A stretch of 64,000 nucleotides of DNA. Source: Candidatus Latescibacterota bacterium. Lineage in GTDB: Bacteria; Latescibacterota; UBA2968. A model generated the notes under the pieces. It saw only the letters and a program-made list of their open reading frames with translations. It did no database searches and was not told the DNA's origin. The translations under genes were made by a program, and so were the position numbers. The DNA lies in NCBI GenBank assembly GCA_965198115.1, contig OZ240241.1, positions 7,872,001-7,936,000 of the forward strand, read 5' to 3'. Shown here piece after piece: positions 44,306-54,912 of the stretch. Each line of letters opens with the position of its first letter. Positions within the stretch are counted from its first letter, which is position 1.

Positions 44306-44794
44306 CTACCATCCACCGACCTGTGTCTTGTCCAGAACGTCCCCGGCCACCATCGTCATGGCCTCCCCCAGGGCTGCTTCCCTCACCACCTGCCGGTCGG
44401 CGCCGGCGCTGTAGATGCCGAACCCTCGCAGTCCCTTTTCCTCCCAGATCGATGTCTTCTCAGCCGTGTCGTAACAGGACATATCCACGAATATCACGAT
44501 GCGGAACTGCTCGTTCCCACCCTCTAGCGTGAAAGGCTGATCCCGAACCTGCGTGATCGTGCCCTTCAGCACGAGCTGGGCCTGATCCTCATCCAACACT
44601 CGCATCGCCCCGTTCGTCACGAAGGTCTGAATCAGAGTATCCGTCATGGCCTGCTGGAGCCCAGGTTCTAGACTCTCATTGTCGATCAGCGGGATGGCCA
44701 CGGAGCGATACGCGCCTCCGCCCGACGCCGATGTCGAATAGTGCGCGCATCCGCAGGCTAGACCCAACCACACGATGGAGACCGCCCATTTCAT
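44306..44794 (-). CDS. LptE-like LPS-assembly lipoprotein
   Basis: Lipobox LACGC; SVAIPLIDNESLEPGL; AQLVLKGTI. Confidence 0.75.
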   Translation of the reverse strand: MKWAVSIVWLGLACGCAHYSTSASGGGAYRSVAIPLIDNESLEPGLQQAMTDTLIQTFVTNGAMRVLDEDQAQLVLKGTITQVRDQPFTLEGGNEQFRIVIFVDMSCYDTAEKTSIWEEKGLRGFGIYSAGADRQVVREAALGEAMTMVAGDVLDKTQVGGW

Positions 44795-45171
44795 TCGGCA
44801 GGCGTCTCCGAATCGTCTTTACCCTCCGCGTCTTCCGCCTCATCTGCCTCGTCGCCATCTTCGTTCTGATCGCCCTCCGTCGCTTCGGATGTCTCTTTCT
44901 TCGTTTCGTCCACGTAATTCATCCGCAACTCGAACAGGGCGTGGTCCAGAAGCTGCCGTTCCTGATCGTTCAGATTCCCGGTCGTCTTCGATTCGATCAT
45001 CGCCAGCAGATCGATAAAATTCTTGGCTTGACCCAGGTCCCTTTCGACTTGCTGCGTCACCGGGTTCGAGACCTTTCCCAGCTGTTGCATCGCCATGCCC
45101 TGGAACATCATCACCAGCTGCATGAACAGCAATTCGTTGTGCTGGGCTTCCGAAATCGACTCTTCGGCCAT
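44791..45171 (-). CDS. DUF1844-like protein
   Basis: AMQQLGKVSNP, AKNFIDLLAMIESKTTGNL, L.ELRMNYV. Confidence 0.8.
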   Translation of the reverse strand: MAEESISEAQHNELLFMQLVMMFQGMAMQQLGKVSNPVTQQVERDLGQAKNFIDLLAMIESKTTGNLNDQERQLLDHALFELRMNYVDETKKETSEATEGDQNEDGDEADEAEDAEGKDDSETPAE

Positions 45172-45274
45172 CGCTCCGCACCTCCTGATTACAAGAACGG
45201 ATCTTCCGCATGCCTTTCGCTGTGTTGCCAGGTTTCGCGGGGTCGACCCTTCTCAATTGACCTATAGTGTGGGT

Positions 45275-47425
45275 ATGTTGCTCAGCGAAAAGACGTCGAT
45301 CGATCGAGCCACGTGGCTGAAACTAATCGGGCCCTCGAAGGGTGTCAAGATCGTGACCGCACTTCTCATAGTCATCACGACGGTCACCGCCCAGCCGTCC
45401 GAACAGAAGGTGACCGTCCACCGCGATGGCTGGGGCGTGCCCCACATCTACGGCGACTCGGACCGCGCAGTGGCGTTCGGATTCGGATACGCCCAGGCCG
45501 AGGACCGGCTCGAAGCCCTGCTCGAGAATTACCTCACTGCGACCGGCCGGCGGGCGGCCGCCTTCGGTCCCTCCGAGGTGGACACCGACTTCGCGCAACA
45601 CCTCTGGGGGCACGCGGAGGCCGCTCGTCACGCCGCGCCCTCACAGCCACCCGATACCGTCGACCTCCTCGGAGCCTTCGCGGCCGGCGTCCGGCAATAC
45701 CTGAGCGACTACCCCGAAAGAGCGCCAGCCTGGGCCTTCGCGCCCAGCGGCGAGCACGCCATCGCCCTATCCCGATACCTCGTCTGGCGAGATCTCATCG
45801 CACGAGCCGACCGCGAATTCGCACGACAGCCTGACCCCGGTCCGCTCGACACGGGCCACACCTTGTGGGCTCTCTCGCCCGAACGCACGGTCGACGATGG
45901 GGCGGTCCTGTGCGCCGATCCCGGAGGACCCTGGGCAAGCCCGCTCCGATATTACGAAGCACACCTCCACGGCGATCGCACGCACGCCTGGGGCCATACG
46001 GTCGTTGGACTCCCCGTCCTTCTGTTCGGTCACAATCGGACCCTCGGATGGGGCATCGGGTCGGCCGGCCCCGATGCAGCCGACGTCTACGAAATCGAAA
46101 TGAGATCGACTGCAGCGTCGACCTTCCTCTACGACGGCCGTGTCAGGAGGCTGGCCCTCGACACGCTCAGGATCGACGTTCGAACGGGCGACGCTCTCAC
46201 GTCGGTCACGCGATTCGCCCAACGGACGGAATACGGCCCGATCCTCCACAGGCGCAAGGCCTACGCCTACCGCATCGCAGCCGACGGAACGGGCGCCATC
46301 GATCAGCTGTATCGTATGATGGTGGCGTCCGATTTCGCCTCTTTCTACGAGACCCTCAAAAGCGCCCAGATCGGCTCTCGCTCCCTTCTCTACGCCGATC
46401 GCCGAGGACGCGTCCATTACCTGCAAACCGCGCCCACACCCATTCGGTCGGAGACCCAGGACTGGCATCTCCCCGTTGATGGAAATGCGTCCGACGCCGA
46501 CTGGCTCGGGTGGCACAATCAGAACGATCTCATCCAGATCGTCGACCCCGACGAGGGCTGGATCCGAGACATCGGAACTTCGCCGGACTTGCTGACTGCC
46601 GCCAGTCCAGCCGTCCCCGATCGATACCCGCCCTACATCTTCAACGCCACCCCTTCGCGGGACCCGCCTCGCTCCAGACGACTCGCTCAGATCCTCTCCG
46701 GCTACGGCGGATTCACGCTGCAGGAGGTGTTCGACCTCGTGTTCGACACCTACGTGGCTGACGCCCACCATTGGCAACGCGCCCTGGCCGACGCCTGGCA
46801 CACGGAAGGCCGATCGGAAACGGCGGACGAAGCCTACGCTCTGATCCAAAGTTGGAACGGGCACGCCGACGCGGACGAGCGGGGGTTAGCCATCTACCTG
46901 ACCTGGCGCGAAGCCTGCGACTCGCAGGGCCGGACCATCGACCCCTCGCGCGTCCTCACCCGCTCGCGCCAGTCACCCACGACAGCCGCCGCGTTGATCG
47001 CCGCCCTCGACCAGGCGCAGGAGACACATCGAAAACGATACGGCCGTCTGGACATCCCCTGGCGAGAGATCCATCGCTTCCGACGAGATGATCGTTCGTG
47101 GGGGCTGTCCGGTGTCGCTCACCCACACGCCCAATCTCTCCGACACACCAGCGTCTCGGTCGAAGGCGTCGTGGGCTACGGCAACCGTGGGCAGGCAGCG
47201 CCGACCGTCGTTCTCTTCCGGCCAGATCGGGTTGAAAGCTATACGTCCGCTCCCTTCGGACAGTCGGACCGGGCAAACAGCCCGCACCGCTGGGATCAAG
47301 CCGAGGCGCTCTACGCACAGAACCGCTTTCGTCGAACTCGTTTTGACGAAACAGAACACCTCAAAACGAAAAAGGTCCTGCACTTTCCGCAGGACCCTCC
47401 ACGATCGCCCCCCGACAAAGACTGA
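45275..47425 (+). CDS. Penicillin acylase family (Ntn-hydrolase) protein; start uncertain (45275 or 45353)
   Basis: HRDGWGVPHIYG, FGFGYAQAEDRL, YEAHL, GHNRTLGW, FGQS. The catalytic GSN motif is replaced by GHT. Confidence 0.85.
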   Translation: MLLSEKTSIDRATWLKLIGPSKGVKIVTALLIVITTVTAQPSEQKVTVHRDGWGVPHIYGDSDRAVAFGFGYAQAEDRLEALLENYLTATGRRAAAFGPSEVDTDFAQHLWGHAEAARHAAPSQPPDTVDLLGAFAAGVRQYLSDYPERAPAWAFAPSGEHAIALSRYLVWRDLIARADREFARQPDPGPLDTGHTLWALSPERTVDDGAVLCADPGGPWASPLRYYEAHLHGDRTHAWGHTVVGLPVLLFGHNRTLGWGIGSAGPDAADVYEIEMRSTAASTFLYDGRVRRLALDTLRIDVRTGDALTSVTRFAQRTEYGPILHRRKAYAYRIAADGTGAIDQLYRMMVASDFASFYETLKSAQIGSRSLLYADRRGRVHYLQTAPTPIRSETQDWHLPVDGNASDADWLGWHNQNDLIQIVDPDEGWIRDIGTSPDLLTAASPAVPDRYPPYIFNATPSRDPPRSRRLAQILSGYGGFTLQEVFDLVFDTYVADAHHWQRALADAWHTEGRSETADEAYALIQSWNGHADADERGLAIYLTWREACDSQGRTIDPSRVLTRSRQSPTTAAALIAALDQAQETHRKRYGRLDIPWREIHRFRRDDRSWGLSGVAHPHAQSLRHTSVSVEGVVGYGNRGQAAPTVVLFRPDRVESYTSAPFGQSDRANSPHRWDQAEALYAQNRFRRTRFDETEHLKTKKVLHFPQDPPRSPPDKD

Positions 47426-47426
47426 A

Positions 47427-48059
47427 TCAGACCACCACACCGATTCCGACATCTTCCAGCCGTCGAAAAGTCGTGGCCTTGTCCGCCCATCCCTTCACGA
47501 GCCAGGCCTGCTCGTCCCCCCTCGTGAACACGAGACTCGGGAACTGACGAACGCCGAGGGAACGTCTCACATTGAACCCGTCCTGCAGCAATCCTTCCGC
47601 CTCGTCTGAAATCACATCGGCCATAAAACGATCCACGTCGAGCGACAGCCGTCCGGCCAGATCCGCCAGCGTGTCCAGGTCCGAAGGATTCCGCGCCTCC
47701 TGGTAGTAGGCGTGTTGAACCGCTTCGAACATATCCGTGATCGCGTCCTCTCGCTGCAGACCCGCGCAGATCACCCCCCGGCAGGCCGGGTAGGTCGACC
47801 GGCGGGGTTGGCACTTTTCCCAAAAATCCCAGTTGAACGATGCACCCGTCTGTTCCGTCACCGACCGCCACTGCCCTTGGATGTATTCTCTCGTTTCCTG
47901 CGGCATCGGCTCATCGCTGTCCTTGGCCAGCCCTCCCATCACGTAGACCAGAGGAACCTCGTTCGGGATCGCCTGCCTGACCGCCTCCAGCACCGGTGCG
48001 AACCCCCAGCACCAGGAGCACATCGGATCGCCTACATAGTAAATCCTACCGTCGCTCAT
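47427..48059 (-). CDS. DsbA-family thioredoxin-fold protein
   Basis: DPMCSWCWGF, GVRQFPSL; RBS GGAGG. Confidence 0.9.
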   Translation of the reverse strand: MSDGRIYYVGDPMCSWCWGFAPVLEAVRQAIPNEVPLVYVMGGLAKDSDEPMPQETREYIQGQWRSVTEQTGASFNWDFWEKCQPRRSTYPACRGVICAGLQREDAITDMFEAVQHAYYQEARNPSDLDTLADLAGRLSLDVDRFMADVISDEAEGLLQDGFNVRRSLGVRQFPSLVFTRGDEQAWLVKGWADKATTFRRLEDVGIGVVV

Positions 48060-48308
48060 CACGCCCTCCAAACCTCGGTCTCAGTCGTCAGACCTTAGTA
48101 TGGCCAAAAGTTCGTATTCCATCCACCCGCAAATCAAACGCTCCGGTACACAAAAACGCCCGATGAAAAATCCATCGAGCGAAGGAATCCTGAATCAGTA
48201 TCTGTCAGAGAAGCCATTGCCCCCGTCCACCGTCAAGAGCCTGCCCTGAGCGGAGTCGAAGGGTCAACCGTCCACCGGCAACAACCCCAAGCGGCTCAGC
48301 CGCGAGGC

Positions 48309-49315
48309 CTAGACAAAATGGTCGTTCGACTCTCCTCTTACAATCGTGACCTGCCCGGCCTCTTCCAGTTGACGAACGGTCTGAACGACGCGCAATTGAA
48401 CTTCCTCCACGTCGCTCAAGCGAATCGGACCGGCAAAATCCATTTCCTCTTTCATCATCTGACCGACGCGATCCGACCGTTCGCGAAAACGCGTTCTTTC
48501 AGCTCGTCGTTCCCGCCCTTGAGCGCGATGGCGAGATCGTGGGAATCCACCTCGCGCAGAATCATCTGAATCTCGCGATCGGTCAGCTGGGCAATGTCGT
48601 CGAACACGAACATCTTGTTACGCACGTGCTCGGCCAATTCCGGGTCGTGTGCGTCCAGTCGCTCGAGCACCGCCTTCTCCGTCGTTCGGCCCGTTCGGTT
48701 CAGAATCTCCGCGACGGCCTTGGGCCCGCCGATCTCCGTCACCTGCCCCGACAGAATCGCTTCGAGTTCACCGGCGAGACTGTTTTCGAGGTCTCTCAAC
48801 ACTTGGGGAGAGATGTTCTCCATCTGCGCGATGCGAAGGGCCACGTCGGCCTGGAGCTCTTCGCGTAAACCGTTCAGGACACCCGCGGCCTGATTCACGT
48901 CCAGCTGTGAGAGGATCGGGGAAATCGTCTGTGGGTGCTCCTTGCAAACAAAAGGAATGATTTGGGCCGGGTCGACGTTGCGCAGCATGTAGAATCCACT
49001 CGCCGTCGTCGAGTTGACCCGGTCGAGCAGGTTTTGCGCCTTTCGAGGCCCGACGGCCAGTTCCAGGGCTCCCCGGGCGAAGTCCATGCCACCCTGGGAA
49101 ATGTATTGGCCGGCGATCAGCATCTGCTCGAACTCCTCGAGCACTTCGTCTTCCTGCTCCGTCGTCACGACATCGAGTTCGCTGATCGATTGGGCGATCT
49201 GCTCGATCTCGAAATCGGACATGTACTTCATCACCTCCGCGGTCGTCTCCTGACCCAGGGCGATCATCAGAACCGCCACTTTTTCTTTCGCTTCGAGACC
49301 TTCGGCTTCAGCCAC
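48309..49315 (-). pseudogene. fliG: Flagellar motor switch protein FliG, 1-nt deletion near 48478
   Basis: KVAVLMIALG, GGMDFA, EHPQTI, GGPKAVAEILN, MFVFDD. The shifted tail DRVGQMMKEEMDFAGPIRLSDVEEVQ...LEEAGQV ends at TAG 48309; restored length 335 aa. Confidence 0.9.
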
Positions 49316-49401
49316 AGCGCACTCCTGATTCGGCAAGGGTGGGTGAATGCGGGAATCCCACGAAGAGCGTGAACCGAGTCCTCGAGGTCTGAAACCCACA
49401 A

Positions 49402-49417
49402 TGCAAAGCCTGTACCC
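49402..49417 (-). promoter_or_regulatory. Putative sigma54 promoter of fliG
   Basis: GGGTAC-AGGCT-TTGCA with correct GG/GC spacing; similar to 37426-37441. Confidence 0.5.
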
Positions 49418-49676
49418 TCCTCAGCTAAGACGGGTACATCAGTTCATCTCATTGTTTTTAATTCATTTATGTGGATAGTCCCCCGGAGGCTGGGCCCATC
49501 TGCCGGACGAATTTTCCCCCTGATCCCCCAATCGACGCGCCAAAAGTGCTTGCCTCGGGCTCGAAGCGGTCTATTTTGGCCCTGCCTGCCTGCTAATTCT
49601 GCGCACACAGAACCATCCGAAACCGGCTTTCATCGCTCTGTGGAGCGATCGGACACACGTAACGGAGGACACACGC

Positions 49677-50141
49677 GTGAAGGTCGACATCACCATCAAC
49701 GGGGAGCATCACGTCCACGACGTGGAGCCACGTACCCTGCTGGTTCACCTGATCCGCGACGTCGTCGGGCTGACGGGAACCCACGTGGGGTGCGAAACGA
49801 GTCTGTGCGGCGCCTGCACCGTGCTGCTCAACGGGGAAGCCGTCAAATCCTGCACGATGCTGGCGGTCCAGGCGGACGGCCAGGAAGTCACGACGATCGA
49901 AGGTCTGGCCACCAACGGGGAACTCCACCCCGTCCAGGAGGGCTTCTGGGAGTGCCACGGCCTCCAATGCGGTTTCTGCACGCCGGGAATGATCATAACA
50001 GCTGTACAGCTCCTCGAGCGGAACAAGAGACCGACCGAAGCCGAAATCCGAAAAGGCATCGAGGGCAACCTGTGTCGCTGCACGGGTTACCAGCACATCA
50101 TCGACGCCGTCCAATACGCCGCCAAGAAGATGCGAGCCTGA
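49677..50141 (+). CDS. coxS: Molybdo-hydroxylase small 2Fe-2S subunit
   Basis: [28 protein letters not shown]. Confidence 0.9.
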   Translation: MKVDITINGEHHVHDVEPRTLLVHLIRDVVGLTGTHVGCETSLCGACTVLLNGEAVKSCTMLAVQADGQEVTTIEGLATNGELHPVQEGFWECHGLQCGFCTPGMIITAVQLLERNKRPTEAEIRKGIEGNLCRCTGYQHIIDAVQYAAKKMRA

Positions 50142-50151
50142 GGAGGACGCC

Positions 50152-52485
50152 ATGCCAGTCAGCAAATCAGTCGGGGCCCGCATCAAGCGACGCGAGGATC
50201 CTCGTCTCATACAGGGCCTCGCCACGTATGTCGACGACCTTCAGATGCCGGGCATGTGCTACGTCGCGTTCGTCAGGAGCCCCCACGCACACGCGAAGAT
50301 TCAAAGCATCGACACCTCCGCGGCAGCCGATCTCGAGGGTGTCGTCGCCGTCGTCACGGGCGCTGACGTGAACCCGGACGTGGGCGGGGTTCCCTGTGCC
50401 GCAACTGACTTTCCGAACGTGCAGGTTCCCGAACATCCCGTCCTGGCCGAGGACAAGGTGCGGTTCGTCGGCGAACCGGTTGCCGCCGTGGTCGCCACTG
50501 ACCGTTACGTCGCCCAGGATGCCATCGATCTCGTCGAGGTGGACTATGACCCCCTCGAAGCGTTGGCCAACGCCGAAGCGGCCCTGGAACCGGACGCCGT
50601 CAAGATCTACGATCACTTCGAAAGCAACCAGGCGTTCACGTGGGATCTCGAGGGAGGCGACGTTGCTGCCGCGCTGAAAGACGCTGATCGGGTCATCACA
50701 CAGCGCTTTATTCACCAAAGACTTGCCCCCAATCCGTTGGAACCGCGCGGCGTCGCGGCCGATTACAACGCCGGGGACGACCAGCTCACGCTCTGGTCAT
50801 CCACCCAGATCCCCCACATCCTCCGTACGCAAATCGCGTTGATGCTGGGAATGAACGAGAACCGCGTCAGGGTGATTGCCCCCGAAGTCGGCGGTGGATT
50901 CGGATGTAAGCTCAACGTCTACGCAGAGGAGGCCATCCTCGGTCACCTCGCCCGGAAGCTTCAGCGCCCGGTCAAGTGGATGGAGAGCCGTCGCGAGAAC
51001 ATCCTTCACACGATCCACGGTCGCGACCAGTTCGGCGATGTCGAAGTCGGAGTGAAGAACGACGGCACCATCACGGGATTGAAATACACGGTCATCGCCG
51101 ACGTGGGAGCCTACTTCCAGCTCCTCACCCCCGCCATCCCGACACTCACAGGCCTGATGCTATGCGGCTGTTATCAGATCAGGAACGTGTCGATGCACCT
51201 CCGAGCGGCGTTCACGAACAAGATGTCCACCGACGCCTATCGTGGGGCGGGCAGGCCCGAAGCGACCTACATCGTCGAGCGCATCGTCGATTGCATTGCC
51301 GACGAGCTCGGGATGGATCCACTCGTGGTCCGACGGAAGAACTTCATCCAGAAGGAGGCCTTTCCGTATGAAACCGGAACCGGCCTCAGCTACGACAGCG
51401 GCAACTATACCATCGCGCTCGACAAGGCCCTGAAGACGGCGGACTACGAGGGGTTGCGGAAGAAACAGGCCGAGCTGCGTGAGCAGGGTCGCTATCTCGG
51501 CATCGGTCTGTCGACTTACGCCGAGATTTGTGGAATGGGGCCGTCAGCGGCCATGCCGGCTGGAGGATGGGAATCCGGCACGGTTCGCGTCGACCCGACT
51601 GGCAAGGTCACGGTACTGACGGGCATCAAGCCGCACGGTCAGGGCCAGGAAACGACATTCGCCCAACTCATCGCCGACGGCCTGGGTGTGGACGTCGACG
51701 ATGTCAAGATCGTCCACGGCGACACCGACTCGGTACAGTACGGAACGGGCACCTTCGGGAGCCGCGGAACAGCCGTCGGCGGCACCGCAATGATTATGGC
51801 GATGGACAAGGTGAAGGCCAAGGTCAAGAAGTTCGCGGCGCACATGCTCGAGGCCAACGTCGACGACATCGAACTCGAAGACAATCGTTACATCGTCAGA
51901 GGACACTCGGAGCAGGGTGTTTCGCTGATGGACGTCTCGCTCCACGCCCACCGCGGCATCGACATGCCTGAAGACACGGAGCCGGGACTCGCCGAGTCGC
52001 ACTTCTTCGAGCCGTCCAACTTCACGTATCCTTTCGGCACCCACATCGCCGTCGTCGAAGTCGACCGTGATACGGGCGAAGTCGATGTCCAACGCTATGT
52101 CGCCGTCGACGACGTGGGCAACATCATCAATCCGATGATCGTCGATGGCCAGATTCACGGAGGCATCGCCCAAGGTCTCGGTCAAGCGCTCTACGAGGAA
52201 GTCATCTACGACGAGGCGGGCCAGGTGCTAACCGGCACCCTCATGGATTACGCGTTGCCCAAGGCGCACAACTTCCCCCGCTTCGAACTCGACAACACCG
52301 TGACGCCGTCGCCCGTGAACCCGATGGGCGTCAAAGGGGTGGGCGAAGCGGGCACGATCGGGTCCACACCCGCCATCGCCAACGCGGTCATCGACGCACT
52401 CAAGCCCTTCGGTGTTCGGCACATCGACATGCCGCTTCGTCCCGAAAAACTCTGGCGCCTGATGAACGGAGGAGAATCGTCATGA
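50152..52485 (+). CDS. coxL: Molybdopterin large subunit, form II CoxL-type
   Basis: GGGFGCK, AYRGAGRPEA, GQGQET, GTFGSR, KGVGEAG. Confidence 0.88.
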   Translation: MPVSKSVGARIKRREDPRLIQGLATYVDDLQMPGMCYVAFVRSPHAHAKIQSIDTSAAADLEGVVAVVTGADVNPDVGGVPCAATDFPNVQVPEHPVLAEDKVRFVGEPVAAVVATDRYVAQDAIDLVEVDYDPLEALANAEAALEPDAVKIYDHFESNQAFTWDLEGGDVAAALKDADRVITQRFIHQRLAPNPLEPRGVAADYNAGDDQLTLWSSTQIPHILRTQIALMLGMNENRVRVIAPEVGGGFGCKLNVYAEEAILGHLARKLQRPVKWMESRRENILHTIHGRDQFGDVEVGVKNDGTITGLKYTVIADVGAYFQLLTPAIPTLTGLMLCGCYQIRNVSMHLRAAFTNKMSTDAYRGAGRPEATYIVERIVDCIADELGMDPLVVRRKNFIQKEAFPYETGTGLSYDSGNYTIALDKALKTADYEGLRKKQAELREQGRYLGIGLSTYAEICGMGPSAAMPAGGWESGTVRVDPTGKVTVLTGIKPHGQGQETTFAQLIADGLGVDVDDVKIVHGDTDSVQYGTGTFGSRGTAVGGTAMIMAMDKVKAKVKKFAAHMLEANVDDIELEDNRYIVRGHSEQGVSLMDVSLHAHRGIDMPEDTEPGLAESHFFEPSNFTYPFGTHIAVVEVDRDTGEVDVQRYVAVDDVGNIINPMIVDGQIHGGIAQGLGQALYEEVIYDEAGQVLTGTLMDYALPKAHNFPRFELDNTVTPSPVNPMGVKGVGEAGTIGSTPAIANAVIDALKPFGVRHIDMPLRPEKLWRLMNGGESS

Positions 52486-53351
52486 TCCCGAACACCTTCG
52501 ACTACCACACGCCAAAGACGCTCAAGAAAGCCGTCAGCCTGCTGAACGAACACGAGGATGCAAAAATCCTGGCAGGCGGCCACAGCCTGATTCCGCTCAT
52601 GAAGCTGCGGTTCGCCGCTCCGGCCGTCGTCATCGACATCGGACGCGTAGGCGGCATCAGCCGGATTCGAATCGCCAATGGCCAGATCCAGATCGGCGCC
52701 CTCACGACGCACTACACGATCGCCAGCAGCGCCCGCCTGCGTCGCGTCTGCGCGGTCCTGCCCGAAACCGCCGGCGAAATCGGCGACACGCAGGTTCGCA
52801 ATCGGGGCACGATCGGCGGCAGTGTCGTCCACGCCGATCCGGCCGCCGACTGGCCCGCGCCGATGGTCGCCTTGCGCGCCTCGTTCGAAGTCGCGGGAAC
52901 ATCAGGCACGCGTGAGATTCCCGCCGGCGACTTCTTCGTCGACATGATGACCACCAGCATCGGCGAAGGTGAAATCCTGTCACAGATTCGCATACCCGAA
53001 CCCCCGGCGAACACGGGCAGCGCTTACGCCAAAATCCACCAGTCCGCTTCGGGATTCGCCATCGCCGGGGTCGCCGCACAGGTCACGCTCGACGGCTCGG
53101 GCAACGTCGGCTCCGCAGGCGTCGGTGTCACGGGTGTGGCGCCCATCGCCTACGCCGCATCAGCGGCCGAGGACGCGCTCGTCGGCAAGGCACCGGACGA
53201 GGCCACGATCGCATCGGCAGCCGCACTCGCGTCGGACGGTGTTCAGGACGCGAACGAAGACCACCACGCCTCCGGCGAGTATCGGATGCACCTGGCCAAG
53301 GTCCTGACGGGTCGCGCCCTCACCAGCGCAGTCGAACGCGCCCGAGGCTGA
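52482..53351 (+). CDS. coxM: FAD-binding medium subunit
   Basis: AGGHSLIPLMKLR, VRNRGTIGGS, ADPAAD. Confidence 0.9.
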   Translation: MIPNTFDYHTPKTLKKAVSLLNEHEDAKILAGGHSLIPLMKLRFAAPAVVIDIGRVGGISRIRIANGQIQIGALTTHYTIASSARLRRVCAVLPETAGEIGDTQVRNRGTIGGSVVHADPAADWPAPMVALRASFEVAGTSGTREIPAGDFFVDMMTTSIGEGEILSQIRIPEPPANTGSAYAKIHQSASGFAIAGVAAQVTLDGSGNVGSAGVGVTGVAPIAYAASAAEDALVGKAPDEATIASAAALASDGVQDANEDHHASGEYRMHLAKVLTGRALTSAVERARG

Positions 53352-53454
53352 CCGGCGGTCGTAACACCCAATCGATGTAGGATGATTCAGGGGCAGACCG
53401 GCGGTGTCACGAACGTCGCCGGTCCTGCCCTTTTCATTGGCTTGTAGGAACACC

Positions 53455-53964
53455 ATGAAAATCGCTGGCACCCATCATATTTCCGCCACTCGGGACCGGG
53501 TTTTCACCGTCCTGACGGATCCCGATTGTCTTTCGCGTGTCATGCCCGGGTGTCAGACCCTCGAATCGACCGGGGACGGCACCTACACGATTCGATTATC
53601 GGCGGGCGTCGGCCCCATCAAGGGTGAATACGAAGGTACGGTAGAGCTCACCGACATCGACGAACCCGCGAGCTACCGCATGCTCGTCGATGCCAAGGGC
53701 AAAACCGGCTTTGTGAGGGGCGGGGGAACCGTCGAACTGACCGCAGAGGGCAATGCAACGACCGTGACCTACGAAGGCGACGTGACTCTCGGGGGCCCGG
53801 TCGCCGCCGTCGGCCAGCGCATGCACAGCAGCGCGGCCAAACTGATGACGCGCCAGCTTTTTGGCGCGATCGAGGCCGAGGCCACGGCCGAGGAAGGTGA
53901 GGAGGTCAAGCACGGGATCATCCGTGACACCCTGAGAGGCCTCCGAAAGCGCAAGGCGTCGTAG
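53455..53964 (+). CDS. coxG: CoxG / SRPBCC-family accessory protein
   Basis: LTDPDCLSRVMPGC, GVGPIKGEY, LGGPVAAVGQR. Confidence 0.85.
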   Translation: MKIAGTHHISATRDRVFTVLTDPDCLSRVMPGCQTLESTGDGTYTIRLSAGVGPIKGEYEGTVELTDIDEPASYRMLVDAKGKTGFVRGGGTVELTAEGNATTVTYEGDVTLGGPVAAVGQRMHSSAAKLMTRQLFGAIEAEATAEEGEEVKHGIIRDTLRGLRKRKAS

Positions 53965-54006
53965 CGAATCCTTTGGTCACTTGTCAACGGTCAATGGTCA
54001 CTGAAA

Positions 54007-54360
54007 ATGCCTTTCATCGACTGGAACCAGATCCCGTTCAACAAACTCGCGCCAGGTGTCCGCATTCGGGCTCCCTATGGCGAGAACCTCATGATCTCCC
54101 TGCTCGAGATGGATGAGGGGGCCGTCGTGAATCGACACCACCATCCGCACGAGCAGGGCGGCATCCTGCTCGAAGGTCGCATGGAGCTGAGCATCGGCGA
54201 CGACACGCGCACCGTCGAGCCGGGCGAAGCCTACCTCATCCCGCCCAACATCCCACATAGAGCGGTCGCTCTCGGCGGACCGATCAAGGCCCTCGACATC
54301 TTCAGCCCGGTGCGCGAAGACTACGTCGATCTTGCGAACAAATACATCCCTCCCGACTGA
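54007..54360 (+). CDS. Cupin domain protein
   Basis: HHHPHEQ, IPPNIPH, DIFSPVREDY. Confidence 0.9.
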   Translation: MPFIDWNQIPFNKLAPGVRIRAPYGENLMISLLEMDEGAVVNRHHHPHEQGGILLEGRMELSIGDDTRTVEPGEAYLIPPNIPHRAVALGGPIKALDIFSPVREDYVDLANKYIPPD

Positions 54361-54459
54361 TCCTACCGGTCTCCCTCCTGAAATCCAGCATCTCTCCTAA
54401 CTCGAATGAACGCACGGTAGCCATCTTTCCGTGAGTCACATTCCTCAACGGAGTCCATC

Positions 54460-54861
54460 GTGGCAGATCATCCTCCGGATGAAGAAACTGGATTGGCCGG
54501 CCTGCTCATCGGCCTCAGTAATTTTGTCTACTACGTTGCTCTGAGCTTTGGACTCGCCATCCTGCCCTTCCAGCTCTTCGATCAGATCGTGGGCGGGAGT
54601 GGGTGGATGCGTGTCATTCCCGGCGTCGTCATCCTGGTCGTCCTCATCGTGGTCCTACGATTCGTGCAGGATGGGGCCACCGACGTCGTCGAACGCATCA
54701 GAAACGGCGTCCTCCTATCCCGACTCTTCCGCGTGATTCGTCACGCAAGCGCTGCGGTCGCGATGGTCGGGTTCCTTCGGCTCGAAGTCGCCTTCCTCAG
54801 AGGTAAGATGACCTGGCCCGACCTGGTGCATCTCATTGGCAAGTTCTTCACCGTCCTGTAG
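54460..54861 (+). CDS. Hypothetical membrane protein
   Basis: About 3 TM segments; RBS GGAG. Confidence 0.55.
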   Translation: MADHPPDEETGLAGLLIGLSNFVYYVALSFGLAILPFQLFDQIVGGSGWMRVIPGVVILVVLIVVLRFVQDGATDVVERIRNGVLLSRLFRVIRHASAAVAMVGFLRLEVAFLRGKMTWPDLVHLIGKFFTVL

Positions 54862-54877
54862 CCGTTGGGCGTTCAAC

Positions 54878-54906
54878 TTGACGCGGAAGAGCCCCTCGTC
54901 TATTTT
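54878..54906 (+). promoter_or_regulatory. Sigma70-type promoter of the pheST leader
   Basis: TTGACG-N17-TATTTT immediately before the T-box. Confidence 0.7.
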
Positions 54907-54912
54907 CTGCCC

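Noticed and set aside
50152-52485. Bona fide (form I) aerobic CO dehydrogenase
   Set aside because: The active-site motif is AYRGAGR, not AYXCSFR, and the order is S-L-M. The substrate is unknown.
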